Positions 53,367 to 62,952 of a DNA stretch of 64,000 nucleotides are shown one piece after another. Below the pieces are notes generated by a model, which did not search any database, was not told the DNA's origin, and saw only the letters and a list, made by a program, of their open reading frames with translations. Position 1 is the first letter of the stretch, and every line of letters starts with the position of its first letter. A program made the translations under genes and the position numbers. The DNA is from Myxococcota bacterium (GTDB taxonomy: Bacteria > Myxococcota_A > UBA9160 > UBA4427): the NCBI GenBank assembly GCA_036336835.1, contig JAYZFK010000032.1, positions 1 to 64,000 of the forward strand, given 5' to 3'.

Positions 53367-54260
53367 GTGAAGGGCTACCACGACATCGTGGGCGATGGCG
53401 GGTCGGCGATCCTCGAGCAAGTCGAGGCGCAGCAGGCGAGCATCGCCCGGAGCCTGTCGGGCGTTCGGAGCCTGGTTGCGATCGGATCCGGGAAGGGAGG
53501 GGTCGGCAAGAGCACCCTGACCATGCAGCTCGCCTGTGCGCTGCGCGCGCGGGGCAAGGCGGTCTCGATCCTGGATGCCGACCTGAACGGGCCCTCCCAG
53601 GCTCGTCTGGGCGGTCTGCGCGACGGGCTCCTGGTTCCGGGCGAGGCCGGAGCAGCGGTTCCCAGGACGCGGAACGGGATCGGCGTGGTCTCGATGGGCG
53701 CGCTGGTCCCGGAGCCGCGCGCCGTCGAGTTCGAGAGTGTCGCCAACGGATCCTCACACACCTGGTGGGCGACCCGGGAGTTCACGACCCTGCGTGAGCT
53801 GCTGGCGGGGATGGACTGGGGCGAGCTCGACTACCTGCTGGTCGACCTGCCCCCCGGTGTCGAACGGACCGCGCAGCACGCCGAGTTGCTCGGGCCCGCA
53901 GCGGTCTTCGTATTGGTGGCGATCCCCTCGGATTTGGCGAGGGGGGTCGTCGCCCGATCGATCGACGCCCTCGAGAAGACCCCCAACCGGGTCCTGGGCT
54001 ACGTCCAGAACATGGACGGCTACTACTGCTCGGACTGCGGGCAGGTCAAGCCGCTGTTTCCCGCGCAGGCGCAGGTAAGCCTGGGTCTTCCCTGCCTGGG
54101 TCGCGTACCCTTCGACCCCGAGCTCGCCGCGCTCTGCGACCGGGGCGGGTCGCTGTCCGATTCACCCGCGCTGCCATCGTGGCAACCGATCCAGCGAATC
54201 GCCGAACAGCTCTTGCCAGCGCGCTCGCAAGCGCATGTTGGCTCCGAGGAGAGAACATGA
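53367..54260 (+). CDS. Mrp/ApbC-like P-loop NTPase (second paralogue)
   Basis: SGKGGVGKST, DADLNGPS, WGELDYLLVDLPPG, NMDGYYCSDCG, VPFDP; GAGGAG RBS. Confidence 0.88.
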   Translation: MKGYHDIVGDGGSAILEQVEAQQASIARSLSGVRSLVAIGSGKGGVGKSTLTMQLACALRARGKAVSILDADLNGPSQARLGGLRDGLLVPGEAGAAVPRTRNGIGVVSMGALVPEPRAVEFESVANGSSHTWWATREFTTLRELLAGMDWGELDYLLVDLPPGVERTAQHAELLGPAAVFVLVAIPSDLARGVVARSIDALEKTPNRVLGYVQNMDGYYCSDCGQVKPLFPAQAQVSLGLPCLGRVPFDPELAALCDRGGSLSDSPALPSWQPIQRIAEQLLPARSQAHVGSEERT

Positions 54261-54676
54261 AGTTCCTGTGCGTGTCGTGCGATGAGGCCATGAAGCTGAT
54301 CCGCACCGATCCCCCCGAGCGCGGCTCACTCACTGTGGTCTACCAGTGCCCGAAGTGCGCGAGCGAGTTCGCCATGCTGACGAACCCCTACGAGACCCAG
54401 GTGGTCGGCTCGCTCGGAGTCAAGGTCGACGCAAACGGAGGCGCAGGGGAGTCCAAGTGCCCGTTCACGGGCGTGGTGCAGGATTTGGGTGTGGGCGTGG
54501 CAGGCTCGACGAACGGGTTGTCGTGGACCTCGGAGGCGAGCTCGAGCCTGCTCAACATTCCCGAGTTTGCGCGTCCCATGGCCAAGACCGGCATCGAGAA
54601 GTTTGCGACCGAGCGCGGGTTTGCGCAGATCGATGCGCAGGTGCTCGCGGAGGCTCGAAACTTCTTCGGGATGTAG
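54257..54676 (+). CDS. Small Cys-rich (2x CxxC) protein with C-terminal PCP_red-like domain
   Basis: MKFLCVSCDE..CPKC..MLTNP.ETQ..KCPF..WTSEA..IPEFARPMAK..IEKFA.ERG; ATGA overlap. Confidence 0.82.
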   Translation: MKFLCVSCDEAMKLIRTDPPERGSLTVVYQCPKCASEFAMLTNPYETQVVGSLGVKVDANGGAGESKCPFTGVVQDLGVGVAGSTNGLSWTSEASSSLLNIPEFARPMAKTGIEKFATERGFAQIDAQVLAEARNFFGM

Positions 54677-54683
54677 TCGGCGC

Positions 54684-55916
54684 TCAGTCCTTGTCCGTGA
54701 AGGGCATCGAGCCGAACATCTTGGCTCGACTTTCGCCCGCCAGCGCGTCCTTCATTACGTCGGCTGTGATCAGCGCGACACCCTGGCGCTGGGCGTACGC
54801 CTCCAGGCCCTGCTTGACCTTCCCGCGGATGAACACGATCGGGATGCGTTCCAGCCGAGCGCGGGCTTCCGCGCTCCAGAGGATCTCGTCGACCTCTAGC
54901 GTTTGTCCGGTCGGCTGGTAACGACAGGCCGGGTCTTCTTGCAGGTAGTCGCCGTAGGCGGCATAGGCCCGACACCGGCACCCGCCGCACAGCTCGTTGA
55001 ACTCGCAGCTGCCACAGCGTCCCTTGAGCTGCTTCGGGTCGCGGAGCTGCTGCAGGACGGGCGAGGTCTGCCAGATCTCGCCGAGGCTCTGTTCACGCAC
55101 GTTGCCGGCAACGACCGTCATATAGGGACACGGGGTGACATCGCCCTGCGGCGTGATTCGACCGTACTGGGTGCCAGCCATACAACCGCCGCTCTCGAGC
55201 CCGCCAACTCCCTTCTGGTAGGCGATCTGCTTGAACTGCGGCGCACACTTGGAGCGCACCAGCATCGGACGGTAGTGATCTTGCGAGTCCACCAGGTCCG
55301 AGAGCATGGCTTCCGTCCGTTCGGGTGAAAGATCGTTCATCTGCTGGCCACGGCCGGTCTGCACGAGGAAGTACAGGTTGAAGGACCAGGCTCCCTTCTC
55401 GCGGGCAAACGCCAGCATCTCGGGAATCTCGTCGTAGTTCATGTCCATGACCGTGGTCTGGACCACCACCTGGAGGCCGTTCGCCCGGCAGATATCCAAC
55501 GCCCGGACCGAATACTCCCATGCATTGGGTCCGCCCCGAAAATGGTCGTGCTTCGCCGGATCGAGCGAATCGATGCTGATGGCGACACCCTGCACGCCGC
55601 ACTCGATCATCTTCTCGACGACCGCCGTCGTGAGCAAGACGCCATTGGTGCCCATCACGACCCAGAGTCCCTGGCTCGATGCGTGTCGGGCGATGTCGTA
55701 GATGTCCTTGCGCATGAGCGGCTCGCCACCGGTCAGGATCAACATCTCGGTGCCGAGGGTCTTCATCTCGTCGATCAGCGAGAGACATTCGTCGGTGCTG
55801 AGCTCGTCTTCTGCCTTGTGTCCCGCCTCCATGTAGCAGTGCGGGCAGCGCAGATTGCACATCTTCGTCAGATTCCACGAGATGAGCGATGGCTTGTACT
55901 CGGTCTGAGTTGCCAT
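54684..55916 (-). CDS. Radical SAM/SPASM protein (AhbD/NirJ-like) with C-terminal PCP_red-like domain
   Basis: WN.T..CNLRCPHCY, TGGEP, KCAPQF, GC.AG, VTPC, CGSC..LCGGCRCRA..DPAC. Confidence 0.85.
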   Translation of the reverse strand: MATQTEYKPSLISWNLTKMCNLRCPHCYMEAGHKAEDELSTDECLSLIDEMKTLGTEMLILTGGEPLMRKDIYDIARHASSQGLWVVMGTNGVLLTTAVVEKMIECGVQGVAISIDSLDPAKHDHFRGGPNAWEYSVRALDICRANGLQVVVQTTVMDMNYDEIPEMLAFAREKGAWSFNLYFLVQTGRGQQMNDLSPERTEAMLSDLVDSQDHYRPMLVRSKCAPQFKQIAYQKGVGGLESGGCMAGTQYGRITPQGDVTPCPYMTVVAGNVREQSLGEIWQTSPVLQQLRDPKQLKGRCGSCEFNELCGGCRCRAYAAYGDYLQEDPACRYQPTGQTLEVDEILWSAEARARLERIPIVFIRGKVKQGLEAYAQRQGVALITADVMKDALAGESRAKMFGSMPFTDKD

Positions 55917-56354
55917 CTACTGTTCCTCACCGATCCGGCGTTGCGTGCGCCACGCGGAGAACCCGATCCACGCCGAGCGGACGAGCAGAGACACGACGAT
56001 CGTCATCAGCGCCGCGTTCACGAACGCGGCCGGTCTGGGCGAAACGGTCGTGATGCTAAGTGCCAGCGGGTCGACGTGCAAGCCAAGTCCGTGATGGAAG
56101 TAATTGGTCGCCCGCCAGACGTTCGGCACGACCAGCAGCGCGGACAGCAACCACCAGCCCTGCCGGTACAGCAGCACTGCGAAGATCAGGACGAAGACGG
56201 CACCTACCGCCAGCTGCCCATACGCGCCCTCTCGGGTCGGAGGGATCAGCTCGGCGGTGAACGTGATGACGATCACCAACACCCCGAGTACACCGTAGGC
56301 CAGTCCAGCTGCCTTGTGCGGCTGCGCCAGGGCCCGGAGCGACGAGTTCTTCAC
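55917..56354 (-). CDS. Four-TM hypothetical membrane protein
   Basis: 145 aa, hydrophobic, abuts the radical SAM start. Confidence 0.65.
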   Translation of the reverse strand: MKNSSLRALAQPHKAAGLAYGVLGVLVIVITFTAELIPPTREGAYGQLAVGAVFVLIFAVLLYRQGWWLLSALLVVPNVWRATNYFHHGLGLHVDPLALSITTVSPRPAAFVNAALMTIVVSLLVRSAWIGFSAWRTQRRIGEEQ

Positions 56355-56358
56355 GAAT

Positions 56359-57855
56359 CTACGACTGCCCCCGGTCTTGCGACAGGTGCGTTCGAAGCGC
56401 TGCGGCCACGGCGTTGCCCGACGCCGCGCAGTCGGCCAGGCCGTATGCGCCCAGGGCGCTGCCGGCGAGGTGGAGGCCCTCGTGTCGCTCGACCTCTTGC
56501 TCGACGACTTCGACCCGCGCCCGGTGGCCGACGTCGAACTGCGGCATGGAGTTCGGGAAGCGATTCACTCTCCACGAGACGGGCTTGCCGTTGATGCCAA
56601 TCAAGGGCGCCAGGTCGTCGTGCGCCCGCTGGGCCAGCGTCTCGTCGTCGAGATCGAGCGCAGACGGATCGAGCGGACCTCCCTGAAAGGTTCGCACTAC
56701 GTGGAACCCGTCGGGAGCGACACCGGGGAACTTCTCGCTCGAGTAGGTGGCAGCGAAGATGCGATTCCGCTCGCGCCGCGGCACGAAGAAGCCGAAGTCG
56801 CCCGGAAGCAGCGCGACATCATCGCGTCGGTAGACCAGATTGACGGTGAGGCAGGAGGCAAAGCGCAATCCGGCGAGAGCCGTCGCGAGGGCGGGCGCAT
56901 CGGCCTTCAACAGCTCGCGACAGCGGGGCGCCGGACAGGCGAGCACCACGCTGTTTGCCCGCCAGGTGCCCCGAGCCGTCTCGATCTGCCAGGCGCCGCC
57001 GGGCAGTCGTCGAAGCTGTCTCGCTGCGCAGTCGAGCTCCAGCCAGCCGGCGGGAATCTGACCGGCAAGGCGCTCCACCAGCGTGCCGAGCCCATCGGCA
57101 ATCGTCAGTTGCGCGGGTGAGCGCTGGGCGGCCGCGCCCGAAGGTCCGGATGAACCACGAAGCCCGCGCAGAACACTGCCGCACTGCCGTTCGAGCTCGA
57201 CGAACGGTCCGAGCGTTCGCTCCGCGCTCAGCTTCGTCGCATCGGCGATGAACAACCCGCCCAGCACGGGCTCCGCCACGCGCTCGAAGACCTCCCGGCC
57301 GAAGCGCCGCCGGACGAAGCTCTCGACGCTCTCGTCCGTGGCGGCGTCCTCGCTCGGGTCGTCGCCCGCTAGCGCACCGGGCTTGATGAGCGACTCGAGG
57401 AGCATCCTCGCCTTGCCCGGCCACGAGAACAGGCCGGACCGCAAGAGCGGCCAGGGCAACGTCGGTGCGATCAGCCGGAATCCCGCGGGCAACCGATGCA
57501 ATCGCTGGTCGTGAAGCACCGAGAAGGCTGCGTCCGATCTGGGCGCGACGAGTGCATCGCCGAGCCCGAGCTCCCGGCACAGGTCGATCGCCGCTGGCTT
57601 GGCGGTCGCCAGCGAATCCGGGCCGGTCTCACACAGGCAGTCTCCCTGCTGCTCCGCCTCGACTCGCTCTGTCTGGATCAAGCCGCCCAGGCGGTCGCGG
57701 GCCTCGAACAGACGCAGCGAGAGCGGATCGGTCGAATGCTGATGCCGACTCAGGCGAAACGCGGTGACCAGACCGGAGACGCCACCGCCGACGATCGCCA
57801 CATCCAGACGGCGCGCATCGGGGTCGTTGGCACCACACGCGCGGACTGAATTCAC
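56359..57855 (-). CDS. hemY: FAD-dependent coproporphyrinogen/protoporphyrinogen oxidase (HemY family)
   Basis: VGGGVSGL, EARDRLGG, ETGPDS, DESV.SF.RRRFG, FGFFVP, KFP, MPQF.VGH, G..DC. Confidence 0.9.
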   Translation of the reverse strand: MNSVRACGANDPDARRLDVAIVGGGVSGLVTAFRLSRHQHSTDPLSLRLFEARDRLGGLIQTERVEAEQQGDCLCETGPDSLATAKPAAIDLCRELGLGDALVAPRSDAAFSVLHDQRLHRLPAGFRLIAPTLPWPLLRSGLFSWPGKARMLLESLIKPGALAGDDPSEDAATDESVESFVRRRFGREVFERVAEPVLGGLFIADATKLSAERTLGPFVELERQCGSVLRGLRGSSGPSGAAAQRSPAQLTIADGLGTLVERLAGQIPAGWLELDCAARQLRRLPGGAWQIETARGTWRANSVVLACPAPRCRELLKADAPALATALAGLRFASCLTVNLVYRRDDVALLPGDFGFFVPRRERNRIFAATYSSEKFPGVAPDGFHVVRTFQGGPLDPSALDLDDETLAQRAHDDLAPLIGINGKPVSWRVNRFPNSMPQFDVGHRARVEVVEQEVERHEGLHLAGSALGAYGLADCAASGNAVAAALRTHLSQDRGQS

Positions 57856-58195
57856 GGCCAGAACTGTACCAGACAGAAACGCGACGACGGAAGGCAGGTT
57901 CCGGATTCTGGATCCCGATCAAGCGCCCCGGCACGCTCACGCCGGGAGCTCACCCCCGCGAGCCGCTCGCCCCGGTGCAGATCTTCCGCTACCTCGTCGT
58001 GTGCATCTGCCCCGTGCTGTACGCTCTGGTCTGTCCGTGAGCGGGAGGTCGCCGCGAATGCCGCGGCCCGCAGCGGGCGAAATCTCGACGCCGTCCTGCA
58101 ATGCGTCGCCAGCGAGTCGGCTTCGCGGGCTGTTGCCGCCACCGTGGGATGCACGGACCCGGTCGAGCGGATCTTGACACCGCAGGGAGGTGGAC

Positions 58196-59389
58196 ATGGC
58201 TGGGATCGACTTCGACCCGTTCTCCGACGAGCTGGTCTACGGTGACAAGTACGCCGTCTACAAGCGGCTGCGCGACGAGGCGCCCACGCACTACTCCGAG
58301 AAGTGGGGCTGCTACGTGCTATCGCGCTTTGCGGGTGTCTGGGAGGCTTGCCAGAGCCCGGCGATTTCGTCCGCCCATGGGACCACGCTCTCGCACCTGT
58401 TGACGAAGGTGCAGCCTGTCCAGCCGATGCTGAACATGATGGATCCACCCGGCCACTCGAGCCTGCGTGCGCTGCTGCGCAAGCAGTTCATGCCGCGCCG
58501 CGTAAAGGAGCTCGCTGCGCCCATCCAGGCGCTGGTCGAGGAGCTGCTCGACGCACTGCGTGAGCACGACACGCCGGATTTCGTGAGCCAGTTTGCGCAG
58601 CCGCTCGCGACCGGCGTCGGCGGCATGGTGATCGGACTGCCGGCCGAAGACGGGCTCTACCTGCGCGGGCTCGTGGACCAGTTCTTCTCGCGCGATCCCG
58701 ACAACCCCGGCATGACCGAACGTGGAATCGCCGCAATGCTCGAGATGGACGAGTATTTCGAGAAGCTCTCGGCCGAGCGTCGAGGCAAGCCGGCGGTCGA
58801 CTTCGACGCGATCTCGGTGCTCCAGAGCTGGGAGGGGCCCGACGGTCACCGCGCCGACGATCACGAGGTGGCTTCCAACCTGCAGCTTCTGTTGATCGGT
58901 GGGACCGATACGCTGCCGAAAGTGCTCGCGAATCTGGTGCTGCGGCTGGCGCAGAACCCGGATCAGCGCGCGGACCTGGCGGCCGACCCGAGCCTGGCGG
59001 CGGATGCGTTCAACGAAGCGGTGCGCCTCGACATGCCGACGCAGAACATGGCGCGCATGTTGATCGACGACTTCCAAGTCCACGACGAGACCCTCGAGTC
59101 CGGCAAGCCAGTGTTGCTCCTGTACGCGTCCGCCAACCGCGACGAGCGCGAGTTCCCGAATCCAGACGTCTACGACATGCGGCGTCGCGCGCCGCGGAGC
59201 GTCTCCTTCAGCCACGGTACGCACGCCTGCATCGGCTTGCACGTGGCGCGCAAGGAAGGCGAGATCGCGATCAGCGAGCTGTTGCGCCGACACCCGGGCT
59301 ACTCGATCGACGAGGCGCAGCTCGAGCGCTACGAGACCGAGTTCGTGCAGGGCTACTCGAGGGTTCCGATCTCGCTCGACGGAGGTTGA
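58196..59389 (+). CDS. Cytochrome P450
   Basis: MDPP.H..LR, GGTDT I-helix, EAVR, SANRD, FSHGTHACIG heme-Cys; GGAGG RBS. Confidence 0.93.
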   Translation: MAGIDFDPFSDELVYGDKYAVYKRLRDEAPTHYSEKWGCYVLSRFAGVWEACQSPAISSAHGTTLSHLLTKVQPVQPMLNMMDPPGHSSLRALLRKQFMPRRVKELAAPIQALVEELLDALREHDTPDFVSQFAQPLATGVGGMVIGLPAEDGLYLRGLVDQFFSRDPDNPGMTERGIAAMLEMDEYFEKLSAERRGKPAVDFDAISVLQSWEGPDGHRADDHEVASNLQLLLIGGTDTLPKVLANLVLRLAQNPDQRADLAADPSLAADAFNEAVRLDMPTQNMARMLIDDFQVHDETLESGKPVLLLYASANRDEREFPNPDVYDMRRRAPRSVSFSHGTHACIGLHVARKEGEIAISELLRRHPGYSIDEAQLERYETEFVQGYSRVPISLDGG

Positions 59390-59405
59390 GTGCGCGGAGC
59401 GTCGC

Positions 59406-62057
59406 CTACCCGACGACGTTGATCAGGCGGCCGGGGACGACGATCACCTTCTTCGGCTCGCGATCGCCCAGGTGCTTGCGCACGACGTCGAGCGCGAGGG
59501 TGGCGCTGCGGATCGTTGCTTCGTCGGCATCGGCGGCGACCTTCAGCTCGCCGCGCTTCTTGCCGTTCACCTGGATCACCAGCGTGACTTCGTCCTCTTC
59601 GAGCATCGAGGTGTCTGCTTCGGGCCACGGCTCGTGGGCGAGCGACCCGTCGTGTCCGAGTCGCTGCCACAGCTCCTCGGCCAGATGGGGCGCCAGCGGA
59701 GCGAGAAGCAGGACGAACTGCTCGGCTGTCGAGTGGGCGAGCGGTGCGTCGCGGGTCATGTCCCGCGCGAAGACCATCAGCTTGGAGATGGCGGTGTTGA
59801 AGCGCATCGCATCGAGGTCGTCGGTGACTCCCCGGATCGTCTGCGCCGCGAGCCGCTGCTGTCCCTCCGTGCCCTTGCCGTCGGCCAGCTCGCGCGACAC
59901 ATCGGTGTCGTCGTCGACGACGGACTTCCATGCTCGCTCGAGGAAGCGGCGGACACCCTGGATGCCATCTGTCGACCACGGAGCGTCCTTGTCGAGTGGG
60001 CCGATGAACATCTCATAGAGACGCATCGAATCGGCACCGAACTCGCGGATGATGTCGTCCGGGCTGATTACGTTGCCGCGGCTCTTCGACATCTTCTCGA
60101 CCACCTCCTCGAGCGGGAGGCCTTCGTGTTGCGGGTGCATCGCAACACCCTCGGGTCCCTTGCTCACCTCCGTCAGCGGGACCCAGCGCGCCTTCAGCTC
60201 GCGGCCGTCGTCGGCGGCGAGAACGCGCTCGCCGTCGTGGCGGACCTGCTCGGACGAGTAGACGCGGGCAGCGTAGCTCGGGTCGTCGGCGAGGTTGTCG
60301 TCGAAATAGCGATAGCTGTAGCCGAGGATCATTCCCTGGTTGACGAGCTTCTGAAACGGCTCGCTCGTGTGCACGACGCCGAGATCGAACAGCACCTTGT
60401 GCCAGAAACGCGCGTACAGCAGGTGCAACACCGCGTGCTCGGCACCCCCAACGTACAGATCGACTGGCATCCAGTAGCGCTCGGCTTCTTGCGAGACCAG
60501 CGACGCGCTGTTGTGTGGATCGCAGAAGCGGAGGTAGTACCAGCAGCTGCCCGCCCATTGCGGCATGGTGTTGGGATCTCGACGGATCGTCTCGTTGGTC
60601 TCGGGATCGGTGAGCTCGATCCAGTCGGGAACGCGCTCCAGTGGCGTGTCGTTCTCGCCGCTCGGCGTGAAGTCGTCGAGCTCCGGCAGCTCGAGCGCGA
60701 GCTCATCCTCCGCAAGCAGCTCGATGCTGCCGTCGGCCTTGTGCACCAGTGGAAAGGGCTCGCCCCAGTAGCGCTGGCGGCTGAAGAGCCAGTCGCGAAG
60801 CTTGTAGGTAATCGCGCCCGCGCCGCGGCCGGTACGCTCGAGCTCCTCGATGATCCGCGCCTTGGCTTCCGGTGTGCGTAGCCCGTCGATCAGCCCCGAG
60901 TTGACCGCCACGCCTTCGCCGGTGAACGGGAGCTCGGTGTCCTCGCGGGCTGTGCCCCGCTTCGTGGGCGCAGCGACCACCGGGATGATCGGCAGCTCGA
61001 ACTTCGTTGCGAACTCGAAGTCGCGGGTGTCGTGGCCGGGCACGGCCATGATGGCGCCGGTGCCGTAGGTCGCGACCACGTAGTCCGCGATCCAGATCGG
61101 GATCGATTGCTGATTGACCGGGTTGGTGGCGGTTGCGCCCGTCGGAACGCCCGTCTTCTCGCGACTGTCCGCCAGACGAGCGCGCTCGCTCTTGCGGCCC
61201 GCCTCCGCGACGTACGCCTCGACCGCGGCGCGCTGCGCATCGCTCGCGAGCTCGAGCGCAAGCGGATGCTCGGGCGCCAGCACCATGTAGCTGGCGCCGA
61301 ACAGCGTATCTGGGCGGGTGGTGAAGACCTCGATCTCGGTTCCTTCGCGGCCGTCGACTGCGAAACGCACGCTGGCGCCCTCGCTGCGTCCGATCCAGTC
61401 GCGCTGCATCTTCTTGATCGGTTCGGGCCAGTCGAGCCCCTCCAGGTCCTCGAGCAGACGATCTGCGTACTCGGTGATCTTGAGCATCCACTGGCGCATC
61501 GGGACACGCTCGACGGGGTGGTCGCCGCGCTCGCTCTTGCCGTTGATGACCTCCTCGTTGGCAAGCACGGTGCCGAGTGCCGGGCACCAGTTGACGGGGA
61601 CCTCGGCTTCGTAGGCCAGCCCGCGCCGGTAGAGCTGCTGGAAGATCCACTGTGTCCAGCGGTAGTAGGCGGGATCGGTCGTATCGATCTCACGCGACCA
61701 GTCGTAGCTGAAGCCGAGCGATCGGATCTGGCGCCGGAAGTTCTCGATGTTGCGCTGCGTGGTCTCGCGCGGATGGGTTCCGGTCTGGATCGCGTACTGC
61801 TCGGCCGGTAGCCCGAAGGCGTCCCAGCCCATGGGGTGGAGCACGTTGAAGCCGCGCATCCGTTTGTAGCGAGCCAGGATGTCAGTGGCGGTGTATCCCT
61901 CCGGGTGGCCCACGTGCAGCCCATCCCCGGATGGATAGGGGAACATGTCGAGGACGTAGTACTTGGGCTTGTCGGGGTCGAGCTCCGCCCGGAACGTTTC
62001 GTGGGTGAGCCAGTAGTCCTGCCACTTGGGCTCGATCTGCGAAGGGTCGTACGCCAT
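59406..62057 (-). CDS. leuS: Leucine--tRNA ligase
   Basis: MFPYPSG.GLHVGH, GWDAFGLPAE, FTTRPDT, SRQRYWG, KMSKS. Confidence 0.97.
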   Translation of the reverse strand: MAYDPSQIEPKWQDYWLTHETFRAELDPDKPKYYVLDMFPYPSGDGLHVGHPEGYTATDILARYKRMRGFNVLHPMGWDAFGLPAEQYAIQTGTHPRETTQRNIENFRRQIRSLGFSYDWSREIDTTDPAYYRWTQWIFQQLYRRGLAYEAEVPVNWCPALGTVLANEEVINGKSERGDHPVERVPMRQWMLKITEYADRLLEDLEGLDWPEPIKKMQRDWIGRSEGASVRFAVDGREGTEIEVFTTRPDTLFGASYMVLAPEHPLALELASDAQRAAVEAYVAEAGRKSERARLADSREKTGVPTGATATNPVNQQSIPIWIADYVVATYGTGAIMAVPGHDTRDFEFATKFELPIIPVVAAPTKRGTAREDTELPFTGEGVAVNSGLIDGLRTPEAKARIIEELERTGRGAGAITYKLRDWLFSRQRYWGEPFPLVHKADGSIELLAEDELALELPELDDFTPSGENDTPLERVPDWIELTDPETNETIRRDPNTMPQWAGSCWYYLRFCDPHNSASLVSQEAERYWMPVDLYVGGAEHAVLHLLYARFWHKVLFDLGVVHTSEPFQKLVNQGMILGYSYRYFDDNLADDPSYAARVYSSEQVRHDGERVLAADDGRELKARWVPLTEVSKGPEGVAMHPQHEGLPLEEVVEKMSKSRGNVISPDDIIREFGADSMRLYEMFIGPLDKDAPWSTDGIQGVRRFLERAWKSVVDDDTDVSRELADGKGTEGQQRLAAQTIRGVTDDLDAMRFNTAISKLMVFARDMTRDAPLAHSTAEQFVLLLAPLAPHLAEELWQRLGHDGSLAHEPWPEADTSMLEEDEVTLVIQVNGKKRGELKVAADADEATIRSATLALDVVRKHLGDREPKKVIVVPGRLINVVG

Positions 62058-62120
62058 CTCGGCCGGGAGGGTGACCGCAGGGCTCTCCAGCGTCAACGGC
62101 CGTCAGTCAGGGGTGGACGC

Positions 62121-62948
62121 CTATTCCTGGTATAGCTCGATGATCCGGGAGGCGTTCTCTTCCACCGCCTTGCCGCTGATCTCGATGTGTCGCCAGCCCT
62201 GGCGTCGACACAGCTGCCGGGCGCGATCCAGCTCCTGGCGGATGGCGTGGCTGTCGGTGTACTTCGAGAACGGTGAGGTGCCCAGCGACTTGAGCCGCGC
62301 TTGCCGAACCCCCAACAGCGTGTCGGAGTCGATGTCGAGCGTGAAGACCTTATGGGCGTCGAGTTCGAGTAGCTCGGTCGGAGGGTCGAGGCCCGGGACG
62401 AGCGGGACGTTGCCGGTCTTGTAGCCCCGCTGCGCGAGGTACATGGTGAGTGGCGTCTTCGAGGTCCGCGACACGCCGGTCAGCACGATATCGGCCTCGT
62501 AGAGCGTGTTCAGGTTGGCACCGTCATCGTGGCGCACCGCGAACTCGACAGCCTCGATGCGCTGGAAGTAGTCGTCGCTGATCCCGTGGAGCAGGCCCGG
62601 CTGGTGGCGGGGCTCGGCCCGCAGGTGCGTTGCCGCACGCGCGATCAACGGCCCGAGCAGGTCGACGGTCGCGAGCCCGTAGCGCTGTGCCTCGCGCAGG
62701 AGCTCCGCCGCCTCGCGTTTCTCGACCAGGCTGAAGACCACGAGCGCGTTGGCGTCGGCCGCCTGGGCCATGACCCGCTGCACTTCCGACGGGTGGCGCA
62801 CGCCTCCAAAGATGCGAAGCCGCCAGGGCGTCGAGAACTGGAGCATGACCGCGCGACAGGCAGCCGCACCCGTCTCGCCGGTACCGTCCGAGACGACGAA
62901 GATCTCGCCGCCCGCCTCGCTCCCTTCTGTCTTGTTCCTTGCGGCCAT
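62121..62948 (-). CDS. ppsR: PEP synthase/PPDK regulatory kinase-pyrophosphorylase (DUF299)
   Basis: VSDGTGET, YF.RIEAVEF...HDDG, GVSRTSKTP, VEE.A. Confidence 0.92.
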   Translation of the reverse strand: MAARNKTEGSEAGGEIFVVSDGTGETGAAACRAVMLQFSTPWRLRIFGGVRHPSEVQRVMAQAADANALVVFSLVEKREAAELLREAQRYGLATVDLLGPLIARAATHLRAEPRHQPGLLHGISDDYFQRIEAVEFAVRHDDGANLNTLYEADIVLTGVSRTSKTPLTMYLAQRGYKTGNVPLVPGLDPPTELLELDAHKVFTLDIDSDTLLGVRQARLKSLGTSPFSKYTDSHAIRQELDRARQLCRRQGWRHIEISGKAVEENASRIIELYQE

Positions 62949-62952
62949 GGCG

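Noticed and set aside
50319..55916. Photosynthesis/chlorophyll biosynthesis inferred from PCP_red-like domains
   Set aside because: No BchL/N/B catalytic domains or other bch/chl genes; only the small accessory domain.
58174..58179. Perfect TTGACA as a -35 element for the P450
   Set aside because: Too close to the start codon; no room for a -10 element.
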